Source of the DNA: Eledone cirrhosa
Taxonomy: Eukaryota
DNA: 64,000 nt
Assembly: GCA_964016885.1 (NCBI GenBank)
Contig: OZ024741.1
Coordinates: forward strand, 294,128,001 to 294,192,000
Reading direction: 5' to 3'
How positions within the stretch are numbered: the stretch's first letter is position 1; the number at the start of each line of letters is the position of its first letter. Below, piece by piece: positions 37,100 through 50,283 of the stretch. The translations under genes were made by a program, and so were the position numbers. The notes below the pieces were generated by a model. It was not told the DNA's origin and made no database searches. It saw nothing but the letters and a program-made list of their open reading frames with translations.

Positions 37100-38297
37100 C
37101 TAGCTGACGTACCTAGCTTTGCCCGGGTAAACAGATGATAAGAGAAGACAGGTAAAAGAGAAAATGACTGTATTGGATGTTTGTCTGGTTACAGTATGAG
37201 GTGAGTCCGTGTGTCTGTGTGATACAAAAAACAGTAAAAAAAATCTTCCAGATATACCAGATTCTTTGTTGTACCGTTTGTGCATAGTATGTGAACAATT
37301 CTAGGTGCTCCCACCTAGAATAGTGACCTCTAGGAGATGGTTCATCTTCTGCCTGACTGTAAAACGTGTATCATTGCATAGACGTGGTTGTTCCACATTT
37401 CTCAAAAGGATGATGGAAGTTCAAATCTTTTATATTATATGAAGATATAGATATAGATAATTAATATAAAAGATGATGCTCAGCCAGTTTGTCTTCAACC
37501 ATTGCAGCACGCCATCGCTGCTTGGCTCCAGTGTTTCGTTGGCGTTGTTCAGCCAGCTCCTCTTCATTCATGGCGGCACGTCTTCGCCTCTGAAGTTCGG
37601 CATTCCGATGGCGCTGTTCGGCCCACTTTTCTTCATTCCTGGCTGCACGCCGTCACCGCTGTAATTCACTGTTTGATAAAGTCGAATTGCTTTGTCGAGC
37701 AATTGGCAAAAAATGATACAATAATAAATATAAAAGATGTCCATCAATGTAAAAAAAGGTCCTTATTTACTCCCTTCACAACTCTGTGTATGTTAGACTA
37801 ACAGACAGGCACACAGACAGATAAACTGCGTGGCGATTGTGGACCGCCCCACGTACACACACATACACGCATGAAAATGCGCACACGCACGCAAACTTAC
37901 ACACACACCCTTGCAATTACACACACGCACACACTCACACATGTTGATAGTTTTTACTTTCTGTGGAATGCTGCAAGCACGCACACACACATAAACATAC
38001 GTGCACATACATACACACGCACACATGTTAATAGTTATTGCTTTCCTTCCCCTCTTATTTCCACACACATCACGCACACATGTCTCTACACTGACACATA
38101 TACATAGTGTATCCAACACAGCGTTCACTTTGCCTCTCTGTTTCTTACTCTCCCCTCTCACTCCCTCATTGGCATTATGCATATTAATTTAAGTTTGGCG
38201 TCGTTGAGGTGGGCGGAGTCGTTTGAAACATATGAACCAATGATAATCGAGAATTATGACACACGGAATACTGACATTGTTGAAATTAATATATAGA
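37100..38297 (-). mobile_element. Non-autonomous Helitron (possibly composite)
   Basis: Minus strand starts A|TCTATATATTAA and ends CCCGGGCAAAGCTAGG...CTAG|T; contains a 23-aa-period STPR-like coding relic at 37476-37661. Confidence 0.7.
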
Positions 38298-38712
38298 TAT
38301 CCATATGTAGTTGACGCATATATATATATGTATATTGTCTGAAAATCATGTGTGTGCACAGGTGAAACTCCAGAGTTGCAATACTCACAATGTAGCCATA
38401 ATAAATGAATATATATATATATAGTAGACTCACCAACACAACTGCTACCTCTATCACTAAAACCACCTCTAGAAAATATACTACTACAAATTACTGAGTA
38501 GAATCACTACCACTAACTTAACCTTCATTATCACCACCAGTAGCACTTCCACTTCTATCATTGTCACAATCATCTCTAGCACCACAAACATCACCAATGG
38601 AATCACCACCATCATAATCAACTTCATCATCATCACATCATCAGTGCTACCACCACCACCATCACAATCATCATCATCATCATTGTCATCATCATCATCA
38701 CCATTATTATCA

Positions 38713-38892
38713 TTGGCAGTATCAGTAGAGGGTCGGACGCCATGCTTTGATGTATAGAGTTACAGCCCTTGCCATTCTGAGTTCAAGTCCTGCCGAGGTT
38801 AACTTTGCCTTTCATTCTTACGGGGTTGATAAAATAAAGTACCAGTAATGCACTGGGTAATTGCTGGCCTTGTGCCTAAAGTAGAAACAATT
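38713..38892 (+). mobile_element. Meta-like SINE embedded in an (ATC/ACC)n low-complexity tract
   Basis: Same consensus as 35090-35280. Confidence 0.85.
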
Positions 38893-39179
38893 ATTACCAT
38901 CATCACCATTACAACCATGATTACCTCCATAACCATCATCATCACCACTGCAATCATTATTACCTCCACAACCATCATCATCTCCATTACAAACGTCACC
39001 ACCATCATTATCATCATCATCCATTGTCACAACCATCATTATCATCATCGTCAGCATCTAGAACAATGCCAATCCATTATGTTTAGAAATGGTTCTAAAT
39101 ACAGAAATGGTTCCAGAATCTTCTGCAATTGACAGATGCCAGTTTTGTCATTTAAATAACACCTCCACACTCTATCAGC

Positions 39180-39720
39180 AACCCCATCTCCACACACACA
39201 CACACATACATTGCCCTCACCATCCACACAGCCACTGCAGATACACCATATACAAGCATGCTCACACTGTCATGAACACAAGACACATTTCCACAACTGC
39301 CTACACACATCACCACCATCATCACACACAACACCACCTCCATCACCACCACCACCATCATCACACACAACACCACCACCACCACACCAACACCACACAC
39401 CACCATCACACATACACACTGCCACCACAGCCATACACTATCACCCACGCACAACACACACACCACCACCACCACACACACCACCATCACACACACCACC
39501 ACCACCACCACACATACTATTACCATATGCACAACCATTACAAACACAGCCACCACCATCACTACCACATATACTGCCATCATATATACCTCTACCACCC
39601 ACACATCTTCACCATCCCAACACACCACCATCCTAACACACCACCATCCTAACACACCACCACCAAACACACAACCACCACACCAGCACCACCAACACCA
39701 TACACCACTACACACACAAC
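39180..39720. repeat. CA/CAC-rich low-complexity tract
   Basis: Direct reading. Confidence 0.9.
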
Positions 39721-40152
39721 CTATCCCCTCAATTCATTCACTTTCCTTTTTTTTTCTCTCTTTCAATATTCTATATATACATGCCTCAGTATTTGTTCTA
39801 GCTCACTTTCTTCTGAGTTCAAATCCCAGGTCAACTTTTCCTTTCATTACTCTCTATAGTTACATCTATATTTATCATTGCCTTATCCTTTACTTGAATA
39901 ACTGAAGGCCAGGCACTGATCAGCCCCTTTAATTAAAATATACACTCCAACCATGACACTCCAGCCATGGCACTCCTTTCTAATAAAGTGCAGGCAAGCC
40001 TGTATAGTTCAAATGATTGGTCAGCCGAGGTGGCACTTCGTGGAAGTGTCTTCATCTCTAGCATCCTATTGACCAATATCTTGTTGCACTTGAATGTTGA
40101 AGTTAGTAAACAGAAAATGTGTAGAAGGTTGTTATTTATATCTATCTATATA

Positions 40153-40188
<36 letters not shown>

Positions 40189-40230
40189 CCTACCTACCTA
40201 ACTATCTCTCTCTCTCTTTCTCACTCTCTC

Positions 40231-40330
<100 letters not shown>

Positions 40331-40444
40331 CCCAATGTAAATCGTAACGTGGCCACTGTTAAAAAAGGTACTCAATATGTTAAAGTATATTCACTTTATT
40401 ATACAAATGACATGAGTAGAACTGTTTCATTCATACGAAATTCT

Positions 40445-40620
40445 CAGCAAGATTACTAACAGGCAAACAGCATAAAGATAAGCTTTTCTGGAGAGGAAAT
40501 GACGATGGGGTTAGTGGAGTAGGCATTCCATTAGCTGATAAATGGTAATTGATGTAGTTAGAGTGACAGAATTATCTAGCTCAGAATAGTCATAGGTAAT
40601 AGAATGATGATAATTATCTC
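40445..40620 (+). mobile_element. RTE LINE endonuclease fragment
   Basis: LTGKQHKDKLFWRGNDDGVSGVGIPLADKW matches WVGNDDAMGGVGILLADKW of the 13251-16444 element. Confidence 0.8.
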
Positions 40621-41375
40621 TAGGCATGACAACAAAGGCAAGTAAGAAACAAGAGAACCATTGAGTGAGTGAAAGTGGGGTGAGAAGAGGAAATGTGTGA
40701 CATCCGAATGAGTATTCTCCACCTCCAACTAACTTACCCTCTGCCTCTTGGTCCTAGCTGTCAGAATGGAGAATACATTGCCCTGGAGGACAGTGTGAGA
40801 GATGTGCTGGAACAGCCCTCTACCTCGCAGGGCTCACACATGCTGGAAGCCAACACTGCCCCTAATTCTATGAGGCTATAATAGAAGACATATGCTCAAG
40901 GTTCTGCAAAGCAGCACTCAGCTTGAAACTACATGGTTGTCAAGCAAACTTCTTGACTACATGGACATGGAGATGCCAATGCCTATATTATATTGGAAAA
41001 TAAATAAGAATTCTTAATAAAATGAAACAAAAAAATATAACAAAAACAAAATTCTTTTGCTATTTTTCTTTAATGAAAATTTCAAGCTATTTTAATTTCA
41101 CTTTCGTATAAGAACAAAAGGTGTGAATATAATTTTCTGAAACTAGAATAAGTAAGAGAAAAATGAAACAAACTCGTCTTAGTTGAAAAAAAAAAGAACT
41201 TAATTCAAACTGAAATTGTTTTACCATTTTTCTTCTGCAGAATGTTATTCTTGTAGAATCATTTTAAATATATGTAAAAATTAAATAGTAAGAAATACAG
41301 AAAAAAGAAGAATGTATTCATTACTTGTATTTGTTTCTGATATATATTCAGGATGTTTGGAAAATTGTGTATATA

Positions 41376-41662
41376 TCAACATCATCATCACCGTTTAATG
41401 CCAATTTTTCCATGCTAGTGTGGGTTAGACAAGTTGTCCCATTGTGAGAAAAGCTAGATCAGATGAACATGTCTTGCTCATACAGAACTGATTTTGGTTT
41501 GGTTTCTACCTCTACACAGTCACTTTAGTGTTGGCTGGGAGCTTTCTGTTGTGACACCTACACGTCCACTTTACAGTGTGGGCTGGGCACTTTTTGTTGT
41601 GTCACAAACACGACCACTTTACAGTGAGGGCTGGGTGTTTTTTGTTGTGACACCTGCACAAC
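41376..41662 (-). mobile_element. RTE-tail repeat
   Basis: CATCATCACCGTTTAATGCC...CCATGCTAGTGTGGGTTAGAC and three 3' UTR subrepeats. Confidence 0.75.
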
Positions 41663-41663
41663 C

Positions 41664-41694
<31 letters not shown>

Positions 41695-42267
41695 TAACTC
41701 TTTTGGGATTATTTAACAATTTAACAGGTGCAGACATGGCTGTATAATTAAGAAGTTTGTTTCACAACATAGCTTTGTATTTAGTCTCACTGTGTGCCAC
41801 TTCAAGCAAGTATCTGCTATAGCCTCAGGTTGACCGATATATATGTGTGTGTTTATATATTTACTGCTTTACAGATCCCCTTGCTTCCTACTCTTTTAAA
41901 ATCTTTTTTTAATGCTTATTTTGCCTCCCATTGGCCTTCCCAAATTAAATTTTTTATATTCACTTATCTCTGTATAAATTGTTTTTTTGTTTCTCAACTG
42001 TAAGAAGTTACTAGATTCTTCTGCTAATCTGTCAAGGCTTACTAGCTCTATACGGACGTTTAAATTGATTAAATAACTAAATAAATAAATTTATGTCTCT
42101 TATTTTAGCAGTTCAACCAAATGCAGATAGATAAAATAGGTTCTTGAAGTAAAAAATATAAGTACTGGACTGGGTACGTTTTTCATGGCACTTGTACTAT
42201 CACTTTACAGGGAGAGCTGAGTGCATTTTACCATGGCACCAGTACATCCACCTTCTAATGTGGGCTC

Positions 42268-42522
42268 TAAAGAGTCTAAAGTCTGCCTAAAGCCTGTAGG
42301 CTCATCAGGCCAGAGTTTATCCAGGCTTCCATGGTGTTAAGTGACTGAGAGAACAAGATTCTCCCTGGACAGGATGCCAGTCCATCACAGGATTAAACTC
42401 CAAGCTACTGCTGGTACTCATTGTCAGCTGAGTATACTGGAGCAATGTGAAATGAAGTGTTTTGCTCAAGAACACAACCAACAACCCAGTCCAGGAGATT
42501 ATGGTCATAAGTCCAACACCCT
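42268..42522 (-). mobile_element. CORE-like SINE
   Basis: CAGCTGAGTATACTGGAGCAATGTGAAATGAAGTGTTTTGCTCAAGAACAC. Confidence 0.8.
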
Positions 42523-43819
42523 TTTAATGTAAACTATTTGACTAAAGCGCACAGTTTTCTTCTATTTGAAATTCTATTCCATTCAGAATATTGATGGAAA
42601 TGGGTTTTCGGAACACTAGAGGAAACAGTAAGGTCTGCAAGGCTGAGATTAGAGATATGGGAATGGGGTAATTGCTATAACCACTCTGTCCTCCTTCCAT
42701 GTGAAATTGAAAAGTAGGAGAAGGCCATCTCCCACTCATACCCTACACAATTTCCACCAATGCTTCCAAGATACTAAAGAGAAAAATGATTTCATTTTTT
42801 TTCATTCCTTCTTTCTTTGCTACTATTTTATTTATTTTCTTTTTATTTTGATATTATTTTGTAGAAGAACTTGAAGTCTGAATGAAACCAACATTCTCGT
42901 AATTGATAGAATATTTATGTTACTATATTTTCGAGGTCAATATTTGATGTTTGAAGATGACCAGAAATATTTCTCTCATAATCTAACATGCTCTGTATGT
43001 GGATGTGTGTGTGTATATGCTTAAGTATAGATATATACATCCACACACACACAGACATATATATATATATATATATATATACACACGCATATACATACAC
43101 ACATGTGCAAACACACATATATTTATACACACATATACACACACATATATATATTTCCCCATATTTTTAGAACTTTGATTACAAATTTCAAGTGAGCCGA
43201 AAGCCTTGTCAATAGCTACAGGCAATATAACCTAAATGTTTTTTATTTTTATTCTTTATCTATTCTTTTTGCATGATGGGGGGTGGGGGGGTCATAATTT
43301 TATTTACCTATTTGCTACGTAATTGGAGTTCACTGGAAGCACGGAAAGATTTGGAATGATTCTTCAAAGAAATAATTGAAAGAGACACCGATGAGTAAAT
43401 CATCATCATCATCATCATCATCATTTCCTCCTCTTCTTCCTCTCCTACCTCCTTCTACTTCTTTTTGGTCATCTATCTCTCTCCCATTTTCAGACACCCA
43501 TACTATCCTCTAAGAAATTTTCTGAAGGGAAGTAGAAACAAGATAAAATAATAATAATAATAATAATAATAATTTCTTTATTAACCACAAGGGTTTACAT
43601 AAAGTAGACATTAAGGACTGCAGGACAATACAGGACGGTACAAATGGGCATTTCTGCATGTAAAAAACAAAAACAGAGGATGTAACAAAAAAAATAACAA
43701 TGAAAAATTCCCCAATAGGGGGAGACTTCGGAGGGACATTTGTGGAGAAAGCCCAGTAAAAGGCCACAGTGACCCTGACCACCAAGGCAAGTGCCCTTTC
43801 CCAGTTTTCCACCTTTAAT

Positions 43820-45105
43820 TTACAGATATATACTCAGAGTAGGCCCATTCACTCGGGCCATTCTTGCTTCTCTCACCCATCTTTGAATAAAATGCTGGGA
43901 AGAGAGCACTTCCCTCTCTACTCTGATTTTCCATTTCAAATGAAATTTGAAAAAGTCAATCAGAGCATCACCGAAGAGGTAAGTGCTCGTCTTCAGCCCT
44001 TTCAAACGTGTCCACCATACTATCTCTTTCGCCATGGCCACCAGACAGATAAAAACTTCCTACCCTTCCCAGCTAAATGAGGAGGGCGGCGCAATCCTCA
44101 CGATGGACTCAGATGATAGCCGGATCCGTCCTACACGCGACAGCAGGTGTTCGACATAAACCCACAAGTCAGCAATTTTCGGACACTGGACGAGTGCATG
44201 CAGGACGGTTTCGTCGCCCTGCGCGCATCTCGGACATGCCCGGCTGATGGCACCTCCATGCCTGTAGAGTTTATCCCGAACTGGCAAGGCTCCTCGGTAG
44301 CACTGCCATGCCAGAGATTTCTGGAAGTTGTCCATAGGCCCTGGCCCGAAAGTTCTTCCGAAGAGATTGGCTAGTTGATTTTCGTCGACGCCTAGAGTTT
44401 CCCCAAGTACGTCATCGCTCTTCCCCTCCACTAAACCTCTATAGAACGCTGAGGTGGAGTTTCCACCGATCACATTGCCCGATTGGTCGAGGGCTGTGAG
44501 CGCCTGAAGACATTCCAGTCTCCAGGCGCTCCCTCTCGGTCTTCGCTTGACCCAGGACTGCAGCTCCGTCAAGGAAACGAGCTGGGGAAATACGTGTCTA
44601 GCAAACGGCGACCACACCTGATCACCGTCGAGGAAGAGGTGGAGATGTCGTAGCCTGAGCGCGTGCCTGCGCATCATCAGCCACGGCATGCCCAGCCCTC
44701 CACGTAGCGGGTGTTGACAACAGATGCACCGCCTAACCATCGGAGCGTGTCCCTTCCACAAAAAGCGAAAGAGCAAACGCTCCAGCGCAGTCAGGCGAGG
44801 CTTAGGACAAGGTACGACGGTCAGGCGGTAGCAGATGACAGACGCGATGTACGCATTAGCCACCTCCGCTCGACCTTTCAGGGATAGCATACTCTCCGCC
44901 CATTTCTGGGTGAGAGAAGCCACCCTTCTCGTCACCTCGTCCCAGGTTTGTCCGTCTGGAGGTCCGGACTGAACCAGACCCCTAGCAATTTAACCGGTCC
45001 GTCCGTCCAGCGTCCGACGACGCTGTTGGATGGCATGGACCTGCCTCTCCAGGTGCCGAGCTGCAGGCCCACTGACTTTTCCTGGTTGATCATTGCTCCT
45101 GTCAC
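43820..45105 (-). pseudogene. Tx1-like ORF2 C-terminal remnant
   Basis: Frameshift near 44945 and in-frame stop at 44060-44062; zf-RVT motif present. Confidence 0.85.
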
Positions 45106-46100
45106 CTAGGCCTTCTGCCCTCGACAATTACGGTGAGGTGGCTGCTGTCAGTGAGGTCTATTACCTCTGGGATCTCCTCAATGCTTTTTTGGTCCGCTTG
45201 GATCAGGAGCTCCATCCCAGATCCGGACCAGTTCTCCTGCTTTTCTTTCGCTATTTCGATTATCTTAGTGTTGGCTTCGATGCCGGCGAGGATGGCAGCT
45301 ATTAGCCAGGGAATTTCGATGGCCGGTGGAATGTGGGTGACCCTGATCTTTACGAGTCTCTGGCCACAATAGCTTGGGACGAGTGTGAAGTCGTCACTTC
45401 TTAATGGGGCCATGGAGTGTTCTCTAGCCTCCTGTGGTGTTTTAAAGAACACGTCCACGGTTCCATACTTCTGCCCACGTCTGATGTGGGTTTTTTGGCC
45501 CACACATGTCCCAAAGCTTTTGGGATTTGGGACTCGGATGCCCGTTCCACTCGGCGCGATTAATTGTTCGATAAGACACGGTGCATAGGCGCCGATGCTC
45601 CATTTTATTAGGTGGGGGGTGAGGCTGACCCTGTACCCATCTTTCTTTACCATTTTTTTGGCTTCTTCTAATTCCTCCTGAGTTACCTGAAATGCTTCGC
45701 ACTGTTTTGCTACTCTGGCAAAACTCGGGGTGGTTTTCTTAATGTCATTGTTGCTGTTGTTGTTATCGTTATTTTTGTCATTATTAATTTTAGTTTCAGT
45801 TGTGGTGGTGGTGGCGTCAGTGGTGTTCGGTGTGGAAGAGTTCATTTTGGTTGAATTCATTTCGATATCACGAGTTAATTTAATATTTTCTTTTGTTTCT
45901 GTTGTCGCGGTGGTGGTGGTGGTGGCGGCTTTAACACCTGCAGTCATTGGTAATGGCGGGAAATGAATGTCTGCCTGAGACAAATTTAAAATATTGCTAC
46001 TGCTTATATTTTTAGTGTTGGCAAACGTAGTAATATTTACAATGGTGGTGTCGGTGTGAGGTGTTAGTTTGTGAGAAAGGAGTGACTCTGAGTCAGCCAT
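45102..46100 (-). pseudogene. Tx1-like ORF1 (gag-like), truncated at the deletion junction
   Basis: ATG-initiated 332-aa ORF with a low-complexity N-terminus, SFARVA motif, and VIVEGRRPR where a zinc knuckle would normally follow. Confidence 0.75.
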
Positions 46101-46312
46101 GATGCTTCAAAGAAAAATTTTTGTCTGATAATTATAAAAGTTTAAATTTTGGGCTCAAGGCCCCAATCTTTTTGGTGTCCTTTTCAGATAACAATGTATG
46201 TGCACTTATATACAGTTAACAATAAAATTTTCCATGAATGGCAATTTTGAACAACTGAAAATAACAAACCTTTGCGGAGCTCGCGAAGATACGATTTACT
46301 ACGTAGGTCGCC

Positions 46313-46355
<43 letters not shown>

Positions 46356-46940
46356 GAGATTTCTTTATTAACCAGATAGGGTTTACAAAACAGAAAAATC
46401 CTAGGATGGAACAAAAAGATGAAACAACAAAAATAATATTAATGACAATAATAACAATATGTTTCTAAGCAAAAGCAATTCGTTTCAGTTTGGTTTTATG
46501 ATTATTATTATTAATCTTGAAATGTAAAATATTGTACAATTCCTCAGGACAAAATATATTATATAACAACACAAACTCTGAAATTTACAAATATATATAA
46601 ACAAGCTAATGGCTATCTCAGCTGGTTGTTGTTGTTGTTGTTGGTCGGGGTGGTAGTCGTCGTCATGGTTTAGGTGGTGCTATTGCTGTTAGTGTTGTTT
46701 AGTGAATTTGATTCTGAAATCCTAGCTGAAATTGAATTTTCTATGATTTTAGCCGATATTGGGAAAATGAATTTGGAATGGAATTAATTCCTGGAATATT
46801 CAGCTAGATTAATTTGTTTATTTGTTTTAGACCAATGAGATGATATAGATGGAGTAAGAGGAGAGGGGCAGAGAGAGAAGGAAGTGAAAGAAAGATGTGG
46901 AGAGATGAGAGAACTGTAATGTATAATACATTATATAAAC

Positions 46941-46987
<47 letters not shown>

Positions 46988-47076
46988 CACACACACACAC
47001 ATATATGTATATATTTATATACACTATATACACAATTATAAACACACACTCATATTTGTATATATATATATATATG

Positions 47077-47298
47077 CTGTAATGTGGTTGTGTAGGTAGC
47101 ATGGTAAAACGTTCCCAGTTCCACACTGTAAATGTGGTTGGTGTTAAGAAGGGCATCCAGCCATAGAAAACCTGCCAGAATAGTCCTATATGAGCGAGAC
47201 ACGGTCACCCGACCAACCTTGCCTCAAGTGGGACAACTCCCGTCTAACCCATGCTAGCGTGGAAAGTGGACGTTAAACAAGGATGATAATGATGATGA
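47077..47298 (+). mobile_element. RTE-tail repeat
   Basis: GTGGTTGGTGTTAAGAAGGGCATCCAGCC...CCCATGCTAGCGTGGAAAGTGGACGTTAAAC followed by (GAT)n. Confidence 0.85.
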
Positions 47299-47419
47299 TA
47301 TTTGAAATAAATGTTGAGACAGAAGTTACATAATCATATTTATTATACATATTTCTGTGAAATCACATGGAGCTGTTGTACAATCAATACAACAGCAACC
47401 AGCACTCATGGTTACACAC

Positions 47420-47662
47420 AGTGTTGATAATCCTTCAGTTGAAATGCTTGGAACCGAAAAATTTTCAGATTTTGGGATATCAGAACGACTGTATATTTGT
47501 ATCTAATAACATTGGACAAGTTGATGGGGTTTTCCCAAATCTAAATACCTTAATCATTTATATTGCATAAACCAACTTATACTCTGAAGGTATATATATA
47601 TTCATCTTAGTTCAGATTTTTCAAGGTTTCCTGAGTAAAAGTATTTATAGATAGGGGATTTA
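47420..47662. mobile_element. Degenerate pogo/Tigger-type MITE (Tigger4/MER46-like)
   Basis: TTGATAATCCTTCAGTTGAAATGCTTGGAACC...TTCAGATTTTGG...CCCAAATCTAAA...CTGAAGGTA...GATAGGGGAT resembles my recollection of that family. Confidence 0.5.
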
Positions 47663-47682
47663 TATTGGATAAATGAAGACCC

Positions 47683-47930
47683 ATGGCTTAGTGGTCAGAG
47701 AATTGAATTCACAATCATGAGGTTGCGAGTTCAATTCCTGGTCAGGATGATATGTTATATCCTTGAGCAAGACACTTAATTTCATGTTGTTCTTTCTACC
47801 AGGAATTATGGCTAATAGATAGTATCAGCAATGGAAAGACCAATAGAAACATTGTTTTCTTGGTCTGATTTGATGAGGTCCACCCCACTAGGTAACAAAA
47901 TGAGGTCTGGGATCTTGTTGATCAATTCCT
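47683..47930 (+). mobile_element. tRNA/CORE-headed SINE with a distinct tail (copies also at 50640-50880 + and about 52555-52785 -)
   Basis: Shared CCTTGAGCAAGA and GGAAAGACCAATRGAAACATT...AATGAGGTYTGGGATC blocks. Confidence 0.75.
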
Positions 47931-48051
47931 TATATTGGATAAATAATTGATCCTCTGTTATTTTCAACAGTGAGCATTCAATTGTTTGATCTACTAAACA
48001 TCTCCCTTATCAAATTAATTTGTTTGTGACTGTGTACTCTACAAACATGTC

Positions 48052-48325
48052 TACTAAAAGTCTAAAGTCTGTCTTGAACCCAGAGGCACACCAGGTTGAT
48101 GCTTATCCTTGTTTCTCTGATATTAAGCAACTGAAAGTACAAGACTCCTCCTGAACAGGATGACAGTCCATCACAGGGTTAAACCCCCAGCTATTGCTAG
48201 TACTCATCTTCAGCTGAGTATACTGGAGCAACATGAAATGAAGTGTTTTGCTCATGAACACCACCAGGAATCGAACACATGACATTATTATAGTAAGTCC
48301 AACACTCTTACCACTAGGCCATGCA
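48052..48325 (-). mobile_element. CORE-like SINE
   Basis: Aligns with 42268-42522, including the AGTCTAAAGTCTG end. Confidence 0.8.
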
Positions 48326-48903
48326 CCTCCACAGGCATGTCTACTCTTCACATAATTGCTAAGCCAAATCAGTGTAGGGAAATAAATTACAGGGCTGGAG
48401 GAACTTTGAAGTACAGATGCAATCAATCTGATGGGCTTCCACACAGTTTCCATCTACACAATTTCATTCACAACGTGGGCTAACTTGATTCCATGGAGTA
48501 GGATCGAACTTGGGACCCCATTATTATGAAGTTAACTTCTTAACTACCCAGCCATGAATGTATCCACATATAGGATAAATAAGTCATTACTGGAGTGAGA
48601 TTGGGAATTGAACTTGGAGTGTAGTGTGTCTGGAGTGTACTATAGTCTCTGTGGAGTGTCGTGTCTGGATTGTTGTGTGTTTGGAGTGTAGTCTCTCTGG
48701 ATTGGAGTGTAGTCTGTCTGGAGTGTAGTCTGTCTGGGATGCAGTCTGTCTGGAGTGTACTGTCTCTTGAGTCTGGAATGTAGTCTTTCAGGAGTTTAGT
48801 GTCTCTGGAGTGTACCATCATGAAAATAGATCTAATAAGAGTAAAAGAACAGCACTTCTATTTTCACTTCTTAATATTTTTTAATTTGTACATAACTTTG
48901 TTG

Positions 48904-49077
48904 TCCATCTGTTATCTTCTGTGCAAGCCACATACCCTGTCCACTTCTATTTTGGACAAAACTGTCTCCATGTTATTATCTGTACAATCTACCATACACT
49001 GTCCACTTCTATTTTGGACATAACTTTCTCCATCTGTTATCATCTGTACAAGCCATATACCTTGTCCACTTCTATTT
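48904..49077. repeat. About 62-bp tandem repeat, 3 diverged copies
   Basis: TGTCCACTTCTATTT at about 48938, 49001 and 49063. Confidence 0.85.
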
Positions 49078-49590
49078 ACACTTAATGTTTTTCTGGTGTC
49101 TTTAATATATATTTGTTCTCTCATCCATTGACAAGCTTTTCTGTTTCTTTTTATTGATACTTAACCTGCACCTTTCCATACTTCTTGGTGTTGTTTTAAG
49201 CCACTGTTCCATGTTTTTAATTAATATTCTGTAAAACCAACACATGATAGTCATGGATGGAATGTCTTTGATGATAGGTTTGCTTGATCCAGTTGATCCT
49301 GGAGTTAAACAACATCAACAGCAACATGTCCAGTATGAAAAGGACAATGAACATAGTGATAGCTTGAATGTTGAATGAACAATCATTTGCTTCGCTATAT
49401 CGACAGCATGGATCAATTGAAGCTGAGAACCAATAAAGAAGCCTCTGTGAGGTCACTCAATTTACTAGAAACACCAGCCAGACCTTTAAAAGTCAAGAAG
49501 ATATGTACAGCCACAATATTGAAGTTCTGATTGACTTTATCATCATCATCGTCATCATCATCACCACCACCATCATCATCATTAGTTTCA

Positions 49591-49621
<31 letters not shown>

Positions 49622-49876
49622 ACAATTTAATATAGTCCAGCCAAGTGTGACCTTTACACATTGTTTCAGACCTAATGTACACTGTGTCCATATGCTAAGT
49701 ATTTCACTGTAGAAAATCAAGTGAAACTTGTATGATTCTTTCTCTGGTTGCTCTTTGCAACTGTGTAACAACATCAATATCAATTTCTCTGTAAACTTTA
49801 ATGATTTTTGCTTTTTCTCATTCTATTTAACATTTACCTCATTGTCTCCATTTAAATGACAATGCCTAATCAATTG

Positions 49877-50283
49877 CTCTCAGGTCCTAAATAATAAGGG
49901 TGGTTGGATTAATAAGGAGGTTGGAATAAGGGGTGTTGGGGGGAATAAGTAGGAGGGTTGGAAAATCAGTAATGTTTTAGTTTCTGTTGATTTTTTTAAA
50001 AACCAGAATTAGTCGTTTAGTCTACATGTTGAGACCCCAACCCATCCTATTTATTTTATAACGTATGGAATTTCTAGTAATGTACTTTTTTTGTCATGTA
50101 TAATGATATTGTTTTATTGTCTAAAGAAAATTCTCACAGAAATGTTACCACTTGAAATAACATTTTGCCAGAGATAGATTAGCAAAATTTAATAAGTGGA
50201 GGAGGGAGATAAGAACAGAGAAGTTGGAAAAAATGTAAAAAATTAATAAGGAGGAAGGAGGATGATTATTTGAGGCCCGAAAG
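49877..50283. mobile_element. Old Tc1/mariner-pogo-type MITE
   Basis: Imperfect TIRs CTCTCAGGTCCTAAATAAT / ATTATTTGAGGCCCGAAAG|TA with subterminal AATAAGG repeats at both ends. Confidence 0.55.

Larger units (their letters stand above)
43573..46312 (-). mobile_element. L1/Tx1-clade LINE with both termini and a large internal deletion, flanked on both sides by (AAT)n
   Basis: 5' UTR, ORF1 (46100-45102), RT tail (VTGAMINQEKS, KLLGVWF), LSLKGRAEVANAYIAS, GGLGMP, zf-RVT CPRC...ETVLHALVQCP, 3' UTR ending AATAAAGAAA plus (TTA)n. Confidence 0.92.

Noticed and set aside
49240-49500. Coding-like composition, possible transposase relic
   Set aside because: Stops in all plausible frames and no motif I could name.
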